This document shows, one piece after another, positions 1-10,055 of a stretch of DNA of 36,716 bases (its first letter is position 1; the number at the start of each line of letters is the position of its first letter). The stretch is from an uncultured Dorea sp. (lineage in GTDB: Bacteria > Bacillota > Clostridia > Lachnospirales > Lachnospiraceae): positions 1-36,716 of the forward strand of contig CANODD010000001.1 of NCBI GenBank assembly GCA_947564705.1, given 5' to 3'. The notes below the pieces were generated by a model, which was not told the origin of the DNA, made no database searches, and saw nothing but the letters and a program-made list of their open reading frames with translations. The position numbers were made by a program, and so were the translations under genes.

Positions 1-2
1 CC

Positions 3-449
3 TGTATGGAACATTTGGAAGAAGACAGAGAGGAAAGCAGGGAAAGCGGGGAAAGCAGTGCAAAAGAAACGGAGATAAGAAGGTATATGGCGGCAGCCTC
101 GGAGAAAATCGGAGAATTTGAAGAGGCGGCACATATCTGTGAAGAGCTGCTGAAGCTGGAAGAAGATGAGGAAAAGAGAGAAGAGCTGTATTGTAAAACT
201 GCTATGTTATATGAGGAATGCGGACAGAACGGCAAGGCCGGCGATATCTGCGTGCAGGGTATCAAAGAATTAAGTGATTCGGAAGAACTCAGGGTTATGC
301 ATATACGGATGTTGTATGAGGATGCTTCTGTGGACAGAGCGTTCTGTGCGCAGATGGCAGAAGAATATGTCCGGCAGATGCCGGGTCTTCAGGAGAATGA
401 AGATTTTCAGAAGCTGCGTTTCATATACATGCCGGAGGACGAAGGTTGA
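3..449 (+). CDS. TPR-like helical repeat protein, C-terminal part (5' end probably outside the window)
   Basis: The frame is open to the window edge. The product is Glu-rich and helical with TPR-like segments (AAASEKIGEFEEAAHICEELL; TAMLYEECGQNGKAGDICVQGI). Confidence 0.55.
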   Translation, partial: CMEHLEEDREESRESGESSAKETEIRRYMAAASEKIGEFEEAAHICEELLKLEEDEEKREELYCKTAMLYEECGQNGKAGDICVQGIKELSDSEELRVMHIRMLYEDASVDRAFCAQMAEEYVRQMPGLQENEDFQKLRFIYMPEDEG

Positions 450-554
450 AGAGACAGGGCGTAAAATAATATTTGTAAAAAGATGTTTGTAAAAATGGTG
501 CAAAATAGTTGTGGATTTTGCTGTGATATGGTATAGTTATCATAAATCCGAAGA

Positions 555-620
555 TGCGATGAGACGGGAGAGCGAATAATCACAACAGAAATGTTGTTTT
601 ATTTTGCTCTCTTCTTTTCT
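555..620 (+). promoter_or_regulatory. Leader terminator/attenuator of the glp operon (putative GlpP target)
   Basis: An extended -10 (TGgTATAGT, ~530-538) precedes the hairpin GAGAGC-AATAA-ACAACA-gaaa-TGTTGT-TTATT-GCTCTC and a TTCTTTTCT tract, all upstream of the glpP start. GlpP is a known antiterminator. Confidence 0.65.
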
Positions 621-659
621 GATATGCGGTTGTTATGGAGGAAAGAAGGACGAAAGAAG

Positions 660-1229
660 ATGGACAGTAGATATTATAATGCGATAGAGGGAAATCCGGT
701 AATCGCCGCGGTAAAGGATCAGGAGGGATTGGAAAAGTGCTGTGGGCTGGAGGATATCCAGGTGGTTTTTATCCTGTACGGCGATATCTGTTCTATTGGA
801 GAGATTGTCAGCCGTGTGAGGAAGAGCGGCAAGCTTGCTATGGTACATCTGGATCTGGTTACGGGCTTGAGTTCGAAGGAGATTGCGGTAGATTACATCA
901 AGGATAATACCGGAGCCGACGGTATTATTACGACGAAGCCGCAGTTGATTAAGCGGGGAAGAGAATTGTCGATGTGTACGATATTGAGATATTTCTTGAT
1001 TGATTCTATGGCGGTGGAGAATATCCGGTATCAGCAGCGTACGGTCAAACCGGATTTTATAGAGGTGCTGCCGGGACTCATGCCGCAGATTATTGATAAA
1101 ATAAGCAGATTATCCAGGATACCTATCATCGCGGGCGGACTGATCACCGATAAGGAATCTGTTCTGGGGGCTCTTGCGGCAGGGGCGATTGCTGTTTCTA
1201 CAACGAATCAGGATGTGTGGAGGATGTAG
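660..1229 (+). CDS. glpP: Glycerol-3-phosphate-responsive antiterminator GlpP
   Basis: Motifs PVIAAV, VHLDLVTGL, DGIITTK, DFIEVLPG, PIIAGGLI, AGAIAVSTT; lies directly before glpK. Start moved to ATG 660, which follows a purine-rich RBS. Confidence 0.93.
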   Translation: MDSRYYNAIEGNPVIAAVKDQEGLEKCCGLEDIQVVFILYGDICSIGEIVSRVRKSGKLAMVHLDLVTGLSSKEIAVDYIKDNTGADGIITTKPQLIKRGRELSMCTILRYFLIDSMAVENIRYQQRTVKPDFIEVLPGLMPQIIDKISRLSRIPIIAGGLITDKESVLGALAAGAIAVSTTNQDVWRM

Positions 1230-2837
<1,608 letters not shown>

Positions 2838-2854
2838 AGAGAATTGCGCGAGAG

Positions 2855-2911
2855 AAGAGCCAGGCAATGACCGCATTGAAAAAGATGCGTCTGTTTGCCG
2901 GGCTCTTTTTT
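2855..2911 (+). terminator. Intrinsic terminator-like hairpin after glpK
   Basis: AAGAGCCaGGCAA...TTGCCgGGCTCTT followed by a T run. Confidence 0.7.
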
Positions 2912-2999
2912 ATCGAAGGGGTAATGTCGTGCAGGTTGCCGATATGTGGATATCATTAGTATAAAGTGAATTCCGGAAGGGAGAAGGAGATAAGAAGAT

Positions 3000-4442
3000 A
3001 TGTATGATTATGATGTGGTGATTATAGGCGGGGGCGTGTCGGGGTGCGCCGCGGCGCGGGAGCTTTCCCGTTATCAAGTGAATGTGTGTGTATTTGAGAA
3101 GGAAGAGGATGTATGCTGCGGAACTTCCAAGGCCAACAGCGGAATCGTCCATGCCGGGTATGACGCGCCGGAAGGTTCCTTAAAGGCTGAGATGAACCTG
3201 CGGGGAAATGAAATGATGGAGACATTGTCAGAAGAGCTGGATATTCCATTTAAGCGCAACGGTTCTCTGGTGCTGTGCCTGAATCAGCAGGATATGCCGA
3301 GGCTTAAGGAACTGTATAACCGGGGAATCGCAAACGGGGTGAAAGGGCTTCGGATTCTGAATCGGGAAGAGGTGCTGGAAAAGGAGCCGAACGTCGCGGA
3401 CGGAGTCTTTGCGGCTCTGTATGCGCCGACGGCGGGAATCGTATGTCCCTTTGAGTTAAATATTGCGTTGGCCGAGAATGCGAATGTGAACGGCGTAGAG
3501 TTCCGCTTTGAGACCGAAGTACAGGAGATCAGGAAGCTGGAAGAAGGATATGAACTGATCACGAATCAGGGCGGATTTAAAACCAGGTATGTGGTGAATG
3601 CGGCAGGGGTGTATGCAGACCGGTTCCATAACATGGTCAGCGCTGATAAGATCCATATTACCGCGAGAAGAGGAGACTACTGCCTGCTGGATAAAAGCGC
3701 CGGTAACCATGTGAAGAGTACGGTGTTCACGCTGCCGGGAGAGTTTGGAAAAGGAGTTCTCGCAGCGCCGACATCACATGGCAATCTGATTCTGGGTCCG
3801 ACGGCGATAGATATCGAAGATAAGGAAGGAACGAATACCACCAGAGAAGGACTTGACCAGGTATTGGGAAAGGTGGGTATGAGTGTAAAGAATATCCCGA
3901 TGAGGCAGGTGATCACGTCGTTCGCGGGACTTCGTGCACATGAAGACGGAGATGAATTTATTATAGAGGAAGTAAGAGACGCCAAAGGATTTATCGACTG
4001 CGCAGGCATCGAATCGCCGGGGCTTACCAGTTGTCCGGCCATAGGAGTGCGGATCGCAGATATGATAAAAGAAGGTATGGGATTGGAGGAGAAGGAAGAT
4101 TTCACGGCGGTAAGAAAAGGAATCCTGAAACCGGAAACCCTCGGGAAAGAGGAGCGGGACGCGCTGATACGGGAGAATCCGGCATATGGGAATATCATCT
4201 GCCGTTGTGAGATGATCACAGAGGGTGAGATTATAGACGCCATTCACAGACCTCTCGGAGCAAAATCCTTGGATGGAGTAAAGCGGAGGACAAGAGCGGG
4301 AATGGGACGCTGCCAGTCTGGCTTCTGTTCCCCGAGGACGATGGAGATTCTGGCAAGAGAGCGGCACATGGATATCCGTGAGGTCACAAAATCAGGCGGA
4401 AATTCACGGATCGTTGTCGGAACAAATAAGGATGCGTTATAG
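3000..4442 (+). CDS. FAD-dependent oxidoreductase with C-terminal BFD-like [2Fe-2S] domain (GlpA/LhgO-like; putative glycerol-3-phosphate dehydrogenase subunit)
   Basis: GGGVSG Rossmann motif, TSKANSGIVHAG, GIESPGLT, ICRCE...GMGRCQSGFC; lies next to glpK. Confidence 0.85.
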   Translation: MYDYDVVIIGGGVSGCAAARELSRYQVNVCVFEKEEDVCCGTSKANSGIVHAGYDAPEGSLKAEMNLRGNEMMETLSEELDIPFKRNGSLVLCLNQQDMPRLKELYNRGIANGVKGLRILNREEVLEKEPNVADGVFAALYAPTAGIVCPFELNIALAENANVNGVEFRFETEVQEIRKLEEGYELITNQGGFKTRYVVNAAGVYADRFHNMVSADKIHITARRGDYCLLDKSAGNHVKSTVFTLPGEFGKGVLAAPTSHGNLILGPTAIDIEDKEGTNTTREGLDQVLGKVGMSVKNIPMRQVITSFAGLRAHEDGDEFIIEEVRDAKGFIDCAGIESPGLTSCPAIGVRIADMIKEGMGLEEKEDFTAVRKGILKPETLGKEERDALIRENPAYGNIICRCEMITEGEIIDAIHRPLGAKSLDGVKRRTRAGMGRCQSGFCSPRTMEILARERHMDIREVTKSGGNSRIVVGTNKDAL

Positions 4443-4556
4443 ATTCCGGGGATATAAAAGAGGTACAAGATATAAGAGACAGGATAAGATTCCGGGCAGC
4501 GGGAAAATCAGACGGCTGGCAAATATATAGTAATGAATAGAGGATGGAGACGGCTT

Positions 4557-5828
4557 ATGGAAAATTATGATATTGTAATTATAGGAGGAGGACCGGCGGG
4601 GCTTGCAGCGGCGGTTTCGGCGAGAGAGCAGGGGATAGACCGGGTATTGATACTGGAGCGGGACAGGGAACTTGGAGGAATCCTGAACCAGTGTATACAC
4701 AATGGGTTCGGACTGCACACATTTAAGGAGGAACTGACCGGTCCCGAGTATGCCGGCAGGTTCATCGCCCAGGTTGAGGAGCATAATATCGAGTATAAGT
4801 TAAATACGATGGTTATGGATATCAGCCGGGATAAAGTGGTGACCGCCATGAACCGGGAGGAAGGATTGTTCGAGATTCAGGCAAAGGCGGTGATTCTTGC
4901 TATGGGATGCAGGGAGCGGGCGAGAGGAGCTTTGAATATACCAGGATATCGCCCGGCAGGAATATTCTCGGCGGGAACCGCGCAGAGGCTGGTGAATATG
5001 GAAGGATATATGCCCGGAAGAGAAGTGGTGATCCTGGGTTCCGGCGATATCGGGCTTATTATGGCAAGGAGAATGACGCTGGAGGGAGCACGCGTGAAAG
5101 TCGTGGCGGAACTTATGCCCTATTCCGGAGGACTGAAACGAAATATTGTCCAATGCCTGGATGATTATGGAATCCCTCTGAAGCTCAGCCATACGGTGGT
5201 TGATATCAAGGGAAAGGAACGGCTTGAAGGGATTACCCTCGCCGAGGTTGACGGTAAGGGCAAACCGATTCCCGGTACGGAGGAATTCTATTCCTGCGAT
5301 ACCCTGTTGTTATCCGTAGGATTGATTCCCGAGAACGAGCTGTCGGGAGGTATGGGAGTAGAGCTGAATCCGGTTACTTCGGGCCCCAGGGTAAATGAGA
5401 GTCTTGAGACAAATATAGAAGGCGTATTCGCATGCGGAAATGTACTTCATGTACATGACCTTGTGGATTTTGTATCGGAAGAAGCAAAAGCCGCGGGGAA
5501 GAATGCGGCGGCATATGTCCTGAACCGTTATCCGCAGCATGCGGATGGAGCGAAGTGTGTCCCCTTAAAGGTAGAAGCCGGAGTGCGCTATACTGTTCCG
5601 GAGAAGATCTGTCCGGAGCGTATGGAGGATCAGTTGAAAGTACGTTTCCGCGTGGGGAATGTATACAAGAACTGCTGCATCAGCGTGTACTTTGACGATA
5701 AGAGGATCATCCATAAGAAGAAAGCGGTTGTCGCGCCGGGAGAGATGGAAGAGGTGGTGCTTACGAAAGAGCAGCTTCTCGAAGTACCAGCGCTTCAGAC
5801 GATTATTGTAAAGTTAGAGGAGGCATAG
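4557..5828 (+). CDS. NAD(P)/FAD-dependent pyridine nucleotide-disulfide oxidoreductase family protein
   Basis: GGGPAGLAAA, GGILNQCIHNGFG, GSGDIG and FACGNVLHVHDLVD motifs; ATG 4557 follows GGAG. Confidence 0.85.
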   Translation: MENYDIVIIGGGPAGLAAAVSAREQGIDRVLILERDRELGGILNQCIHNGFGLHTFKEELTGPEYAGRFIAQVEEHNIEYKLNTMVMDISRDKVVTAMNREEGLFEIQAKAVILAMGCRERARGALNIPGYRPAGIFSAGTAQRLVNMEGYMPGREVVILGSGDIGLIMARRMTLEGARVKVVAELMPYSGGLKRNIVQCLDDYGIPLKLSHTVVDIKGKERLEGITLAEVDGKGKPIPGTEEFYSCDTLLLSVGLIPENELSGGMGVELNPVTSGPRVNESLETNIEGVFACGNVLHVHDLVDFVSEEAKAAGKNAAAYVLNRYPQHADGAKCVPLKVEAGVRYTVPEKICPERMEDQLKVRFRVGNVYKNCCISVYFDDKRIIHKKKAVVAPGEMEEVVLTKEQLLEVPALQTIIVKLEEA

Positions 5829-5833
5829 AGAGA

Positions 5834-6199
5834 ATGGAAGAAAAGAAGTTGATATGTATCAATTGTCCCCTGGGATGCGCCCTTACGGTCGCCATGCGGG
5901 GGAACGAGATTGAAGCCGTGAAAGGGAATACCTGCAGGCGGGGAGAGATATATGCCAGAAAGGAACTGACGAATCCTACCCGGATCGTGACGTCCACGGT
6001 GCGGGTGCTCAAAGGATGCGACCATATGGTCTCGGTGAAGACGAAAGAGGATGTTCCGAAGGAAAAGGTATTGGATTGTGTAAAGGTTCTGAAGGAGGTT
6101 ACTGTCGAAGCGCCGGTTCGGATCGGGGATGTTATAGTAGATGACGCGGCGGGGACGGGAGTAAGTATCATAGCGACAAAAGATGTGAGAAGGGCGTAA
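5834..6199 (+). CDS. DUF1667-family small Cys/metal-binding protein
   Basis: CINCPLGC...GNTCRRG and NPTRIVTSTV; usual third gene of this oxidoreductase triplet. Confidence 0.85.
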   Translation: MEEKKLICINCPLGCALTVAMRGNEIEAVKGNTCRRGEIYARKELTNPTRIVTSTVRVLKGCDHMVSVKTKEDVPKEKVLDCVKVLKEVTVEAPVRIGDVIVDDAAGTGVSIIATKDVRRA

Positions 6200-6348
6200 A
6201 AGACGCCTTAAAAGGGAGGATGCCGGGTCACCGCTTTCGCAGTGCCCGGCATGTATTATGAAAAAGTTTATTCGAAAATAGTATGATACTATTGGTCAGT
6301 GGTCTGATTTGTTGATCAAATGTTATATTCTGTATGCTTCATTTGATA
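6190..6348 (-). ncRNA. Putative trans-acting small RNA (csRNA-like: anti-start codon plus anti-Shine-Dalgarno)
   Basis: Minus-strand -10 TATACT (6359-6354), 5' stem ATCAAATG/CATTTGAT, AAACTTTTTCATAATAC, a GC-rich hairpin with GAAA tetraloop, TCCTCCCTTT, and a final hairpin AAGGCGT/ACGCC. Confidence 0.55.
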
Positions 6349-6353
6349 TATTT

Positions 6354-6430
6354 AGTATAAGATACACCTGTGAAGAAATAATGTAAAAGTAATGAAAGAT
6401 TTTTAAAGGATAAATGAACAAAATATGAAC
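6354..6430 (-). promoter_or_regulatory. Response-regulator-type promoter with six half-sites at 11-bp spacing
   Basis: Plus-strand TGAAG/TGTAA/TGAAA/TAAAG/TGAAC/TGAAC at 6371, 6382, 6393, 6404, 6415 and 6426; the minus-strand -10 lies 11 nt after the last half-site. Confidence 0.55.
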
Positions 6431-6452
6431 GTAAGATTTATAAAAGTAATTG

Positions 6453-6481
6453 TTGGAAAATGTAGGAAAATGTTCTATACT
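6453..6481 (+). promoter_or_regulatory. Sigma-A-like promoter of the glycosyltransferase gene
   Basis: TTGGAA-N17-TATACT. Confidence 0.5.
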
Positions 6482-6518
6482 ATAAAAAGTGTATCTTATG
6501 TAAGGAGGAAAAGAGAGA

Positions 6519-7535
6519 ATGAAGTATATTTCTTTTGCGATCCCGTGTTATAATTCGCAGGATTACATGAGCCGTGCCATTGAGAGTATTCTGACAGGTG
6601 GAGAAGAGATAGAGATCATTATCGTAAACGATGGTTCCACAGACCGGACATCGGAGATTGCACATGAATACAGGAAGCAGTATCCGGATATTATCAGGGT
6701 GATAGATAAAGAGAACGGCGGGCATGGGGACGCGGTTAACGCAGGGCTTGACAGCGCCAGAGGGAAGTATTTTAAAGTAGTGGACAGTGACGACTGGGTG
6801 GATGAAGAGTCCTTACAGAAGATATTAGAACTGCTTAGAAATCTGGAAGAAGAGGACAGCCAGATCGATATGCTGGTGTCTAATTATGTATATGAGAAGG
6901 TGGGGGCAAGCCATAAGAAATGCATACATTACCGCAACGCGCTTCCCCAGGATGAGGTTTTCCGCTGGGATGATATGGGGCATTTTCACCTGGACCAGTA
7001 TATTCTGATGCATTCGGTCATCTACCGTACGAATATGCTTAAGTTAAGCCAGCTTAAGCTTCCGAAGCATACATTCTATGTGGACAATATCTATGTCTAT
7101 TATCCGCTTCCGCATGTCCGGAAAATCTATTATCTGGATGTGGATTTTTACCGGTATTTTATAGGCAGAGACGATCAGTCTGTGAATGAGAGAAACATGA
7201 TTGCAAGAGTTGACCAGCAGATATTTGTCACGAAAGAGATGATCGATATGTATGATCTGAGGAAGATTACAAGCAAGAAACTCAGACAGTATATGGTCAA
7301 TCATCTGGCGATTATGATGACGGTATCGTCAATTCTCCTGATTCGTTCCAAGACCCGTGAGAATCTTGAGAAGAAGCGGGAATTGTGGACTTATCTTAAG
7401 AAGCGGGATTTTAAGACGTTCTTAAAGATTCGTTACGGTATCCTGGGGCAGACGATGAATATTCCCGGAAGATCGGGGAGAAAGATATCTTCTCTGGCGT
7501 ATAGTGTGGCGAGAAGGATCGTGGGATTTAATTAG
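6519..7535 (+). CDS. Glycosyltransferase family 2
   Basis: IPCYN, VNDGSTD, NGGHGDAVNAG and DXD motif VDSDD; AAGGAGG RBS. Confidence 0.93.
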   Translation: MKYISFAIPCYNSQDYMSRAIESILTGGEEIEIIIVNDGSTDRTSEIAHEYRKQYPDIIRVIDKENGGHGDAVNAGLDSARGKYFKVVDSDDWVDEESLQKILELLRNLEEEDSQIDMLVSNYVYEKVGASHKKCIHYRNALPQDEVFRWDDMGHFHLDQYILMHSVIYRTNMLKLSQLKLPKHTFYVDNIYVYYPLPHVRKIYYLDVDFYRYFIGRDDQSVNERNMIARVDQQIFVTKEMIDMYDLRKITSKKLRQYMVNHLAIMMTVSSILLIRSKTRENLEKKRELWTYLKKRDFKTFLKIRYGILGQTMNIPGRSGRKISSLAYSVARRIVGFN

Positions 7536-7622
7536 GGGCTTGCTGTATAATATGTCCGTTATGTCGCATAATAAGAGGAAAACATACTCTTAAGAGTGTG
7601 TCAAGAAGAAGGAGAGTGTGAC

Positions 7623-8243
7623 ATGGCGGTAGATTTTCAGACAAGTAAGACGAGAGAGAACCTGATGCGGGCATTTGCGGGAGAGAGCCAGGCGAGGAAC
7701 CGGTACACCATCGCGGCAAACGCGGCGAAGAAGCAGGGCTTGTATTCGATCCAGCAGGTATTTTTATTTACGGCGGATCAGGAACGGGCCCATGCGGAGC
7801 GGTTCTATGATCTGCTTAAGAATCTGTCCGGGTCGACGATTGTGATATCCGGAGGGTATCCGGTAGATCATTTCGACAGTGTGCCGGAGCTGCTTGAGAA
7901 AGCGAAACACAATGAGATGGAAGAGGCTGACGACGTCTATCAGGCTTTTGGAAACGCGGCGAAAGAAGAAGGTTTTCTGGAGGCGGCGTCAACGTTTTTC
8001 CAGATTGCGGAGATTGAAGCGATTCATGGCAGGCGGTTTGGTAAACTGGCAGAGATGCTGAAGCAGGATAAATACTTTGAGTGTGAGAACGGCGGTCAGT
8101 GGATGTGTATGAACTGCGGGCATATCCAGTCAGGGAAGATGGTTCCCCAGGTTTGCCCGGTATGCCGGTATGAGAGAGGATATTTTATTTCGGTGGAGAT
8201 TGCGCCGTATCTCGGGTTTGATTTTGTGAAGAAAATGAATTAA
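7623..8243 (+). CDS. rbr: Rubrerythrin
   Basis: NLMRAFAGESQARNRY, QERAHA and EAIH di-iron motifs; C-terminal CMNCG...CPVC rubredoxin-like site; AAGGAG RBS before ATG 7623. Confidence 0.92.
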   Translation: MAVDFQTSKTRENLMRAFAGESQARNRYTIAANAAKKQGLYSIQQVFLFTADQERAHAERFYDLLKNLSGSTIVISGGYPVDHFDSVPELLEKAKHNEMEEADDVYQAFGNAAKEEGFLEAASTFFQIAEIEAIHGRRFGKLAEMLKQDKYFECENGGQWMCMNCGHIQSGKMVPQVCPVCRYERGYFISVEIAPYLGFDFVKKMN

Positions 8244-8246
8244 TTT

Positions 8247-8299
8247 ATACCGCCGCCCATATTCGATATAGAGGAGCTATCGAATATGGGCGGCGGTAT
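8247..8299. terminator. 22-bp perfect inverted repeat between convergent genes
   Basis: ATACCGCCGCCCATATTCGATA-9 nt loop-TATCGAATATGGGCGGCGGTAT. Confidence 0.7.
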
Positions 8300-8306
8300 T
8301 GCTTGA

Positions 8307-10055
8307 CTATATCGGAATACTATCCTTCATGCAAAGCGCCCCATACCCTATCTGCGGATTCGGATACACGTCAAATCCCGGCAGCGGTCTTGCCCCGCGC
8401 CTAAGATACGCTTTGACCTTCTCCCCATACAGATAAGGATCATTCCCCTTCACAATCCCCCATTCCATCATAAGCGCCGCGCTGCCTGTTACAAAGGGCG
8501 TTGCAAAGGAAGTTCCTGTAAATTGTGCATAGCCGCCGCCTACAGCCGTGGCGGTCACATGTACCCCTGGGGCCGCAAGGTCCGGTTTTACCAGATTGGT
8601 TTCTCTCGTATATCCCCTTCCGGAGAAATCTGCATAGGCAAAGGTCAGCGCGTTGTAGGCGCCCACCGTGATCACCCTGCCTGCAGAGGAGGGAATGGTA
8701 AGCGTCGTATGGTCCGTAGGAAATAAGAATCCTGTTCCCTGGTTCAGTACATTTTCACTTGGAAGCCACAACTCATATGATCCGGACACCACTTTACGGG
8801 GGTTCAGGATCAGTCTCCACACTCCGCCCATCACATAAGTATCTTTCGGGAGCAGGTCAATATAGATCTCCTGCGCCGTACTATAGGGGCTGGGTTCCCC
8901 GTAATATAACAGGATTTCTGTCTGTCCTACCGTGAATCTCTGGGAACCCAGCGTCTCCTGGATAGGGCCGACGGTAACGCCTGCCGGGGTCATTAGGGAG
9001 ATATCCACGACATCCGTATATTCTTTCCAGATTTGTATGCTGAAAGCGGTCTGGTTGTTCTGTACTGCCAGTTGTATGATTTCCTCTTTTCCCTCCTGCA
9101 TCTCACCGGACGTATGACCTGCGCTGGAAGCTTCATTTCCGGAACCGATACAGATGCAGCTCTTCCAGATATTCGATATGTCGTCAATGAAGCGTTCCAA
9201 CAGAGAAGTACCGTCATGCGAACCGTAGGTATTGCCAAAACTGATATTTACGGCCACCGGCATCCGAAGTTCCAGCGCCTTTCTTATCACATAGTCGATC
9301 CCTTGCATAAGTTCGGTTGTCCTTGGAAAACCGTCTTGTCTTGGACTTCCAAGCTTTACTACCAGAAGATCACTTTTCGGGGCGACTCCGGCATATCTTC
9401 CGTTGCTGTTCCTTCCGTTGCCTGCGGCGATTCCGGCAACGGCCGTACCATGGCCGGAAGTGTCTATGCTTGGGACAAGCTGTCTCCTGTCTGTCAATGT
9501 TGTCTTCTTAAGAGCTTCGTTGATCTGTTCCGCCGTGTATTCTGCCCCTGCGGCGTATCCCTGCGGCGGGGTTCTGCCTTCTCCGGGAGCAAGGGACTGG
9601 TCCCACAGCGCCAGAATCCGTGTGGTGCCGTCTTCGTTACGGAAATCCGCATTTTCATAGTCTATTCCGGAATCAATGACCGCTACAAGAATATCCAGAC
9701 CAGACAATGACAGGCGGGCGTCCTGTTGTACGGTATCGATACAGGAGGCCCGTCTCCCGTTTGCGACCTGGAAGAATAATCTTTTTGGTTTTTCTATGTA
9801 CTCGATTTCCGCAATTTGTGTAAGCTCGCCGATCAGGGATTCCTTAATCGTGATAACGGCGTATTCATTCTGCAATTCTACTGTCCGGGAAGCCAGAGCC
9901 CGCACGGATTCAAGGTTTCCGGAATATTTTATGATCAGATCCCATTCATTTTCTTCCCGGTCATATCCGACATCTAATTCCAGTGACTTTGCCCGTTCTT
10001 CCGGTGTTGCGTCCAGCGCCAGGTTTAATAAATTCTCAATCTTCTGACTTGCCAT
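8307..10055 (-). CDS. S8 subtilisin-family peptidase, clostridial Csp (germination protease)-like
   Basis: Intact catalytic triad (VIDSGID, SGHGTAVAGIAAG, GTSFATP); large insertion between the His and Ser regions and C-terminal YPNPQIGYG, as in Csp proteins; no signal peptide. Confidence 0.88.
   Translation of the reverse strand: MASQKIENLLNLALDATPEERAKSLELDVGYDREENEWDLIIKYSGNLESVRALASRTVELQNEYAVITIKESLIGELTQIAEIEYIEKPKRLFFQVANGRRASCIDTVQQDARLSLSGLDILVAVIDSGIDYENADFRNEDGTTRILALWDQSLAPGEGRTPPQGYAAGAEYTAEQINEALKKTTLTDRRQLVPSIDTSGHGTAVAGIAAGNGRNSNGRYAGVAPKSDLLVVKLGSPRQDGFPRTTELMQGIDYVIRKALELRMPVAVNISFGNTYGSHDGTSLLERFIDDISNIWKSCICIGSGNEASSAGHTSGEMQEGKEEIIQLAVQNNQTAFSIQIWKEYTDVVDISLMTPAGVTVGPIQETLGSQRFTVGQTEILLYYGEPSPYSTAQEIYIDLLPKDTYVMGGVWRLILNPRKVVSGSYELWLPSENVLNQGTGFLFPTDHTTLTIPSSAGRVITVGAYNALTFAYADFSGRGYTRETNLVKPDLAAPGVHVTATAVGGGYAQFTGTSFATPFVTGSAALMMEWGIVKGNDPYLYGEKVKAYLRRGARPLPGFDVYPNPQIGYGALCMKDSIPI

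Noticed and set aside
459-505. Repeated GTAAAA motifs upstream of the glp promoter as a cre site or operator
   Set aside because: No match to the cre palindrome, uneven spacing (14, 14, 11) and low complexity.
591-659. Extended N-termini from the ORF track (591, 7596, 15558, 16187, 18441, 27142, 33828)
   Set aside because: They run through leaders, promoters or upstream genes; downstream starts fit the RBS position or the family N-terminus better.
4441-4496. AGATTCCGGG repeated 46 bp apart
   Set aside because: Short degenerate intergenic duplication with no functional evidence.
6258-6281. Plus-strand mini-ORF MKKFIRK with an SD separated by a hairpin
   Set aside because: Only 7 aa, and the promoter, tetraloop and wobble pair all favour a minus-strand RNA; not fully excluded.
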